From the IMG/VR virus record IMGVR_UViG_3300027782_000035: a DNA stretch of 64,000 nucleotides; one strand, 5' to 3'. Every line of letters begins with the position of its first letter. Position 1 is the first letter of the stretch. The notes beneath the pieces are model-generated. The model saw only the letters and a list, made by a program, of their open reading frames with translations, was not told the origin of the DNA and did no database searches. The position numbers and the translations under genes were made by a program. Below are positions 63,800 to 64,000 of this stretch, one piece after another. Source of the DNA: a virus.

Positions 63800-64000
63800 C
63801 TATGTGTAATGCAGGTATGTTGATAGAATATATTTGTCATTGCTAATTGGCTTTCTTCCTTTATGAGGATACATCCACATAGGCGGGAATACCACCATTC
63901 TACCACACTTTGGTTTTACAAGACAATCTATTTCGAATTCTGTTTCTCCTCCTTTTTCAACATCATTCAGATAAGCAAACATTACCAGATATCTTGATGC
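63800..64000 (-). CDS. 2OG-Fe(II) oxygenase, C-terminal part
   Basis: YLNDV..GGET, FPP.W..PH, KYI.STYLHY. Confidence 0.85.
   Translation of the reverse strand, partial: ASRYLVMFAYLNDVEKGGETEFEIDCLVKPKCGRMVVFPPMWMYPHKGRKPISNDKYILSTYLHYT

Overview
A 64-kb segment of a large T4-like (myovirus) phage genome, read mostly on the minus strand. The host is probably a freshwater Betaproteobacterium, inferred from host-like OMP, IscU/ErpA, DesA and the tmRNA tag. From left to right: (i) SleB hydrolase, OMP, a circularly permuted two-piece tmRNA, 2OG-Fe(II) oxygenase, exonuclease, PhoH and nucleotide/repair enzymes; (ii) a hypervariable early region of small ORFs driven by a repeated TGTACA-N17-TA(T/G)AAT promoter (~20 copies in the window); (iii) a plus-strand island behind a T4 late promoter, carrying IscU, IscA/ErpA, a PlcP-Agt phospholipid-to-glycolipid remodelling pair and a fatty-acid desaturase; (iv) a translation-support island with a TROVE-like/vWA (DUF2828-type) protein, an array of small RNAs (7-bp stem plus CAGCA motif), 28 tRNA or tRNA-like genes covering all 20 amino acids, rrn-like boxA leaders and several unexplained structured RNAs; (v) core genes (ligase, RNase H, DsbA, NrdAB, ThyX), a lysis cassette, putative internal head proteins, a hydroxymethylcytosine/glucosylation cluster, gp41, gp40 and UvsX. 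The most striking unannotated element is a 32-codon leader peptide (30541-30639) that contains all 20 amino acids. Its stop codon sits inside an antiterminator that competes with the terminator in front of the tRNA array, which suggests a pan-tRNA-sensing attenuator. Protein calls come from motif recognition only; no database searches or folding programs were run.
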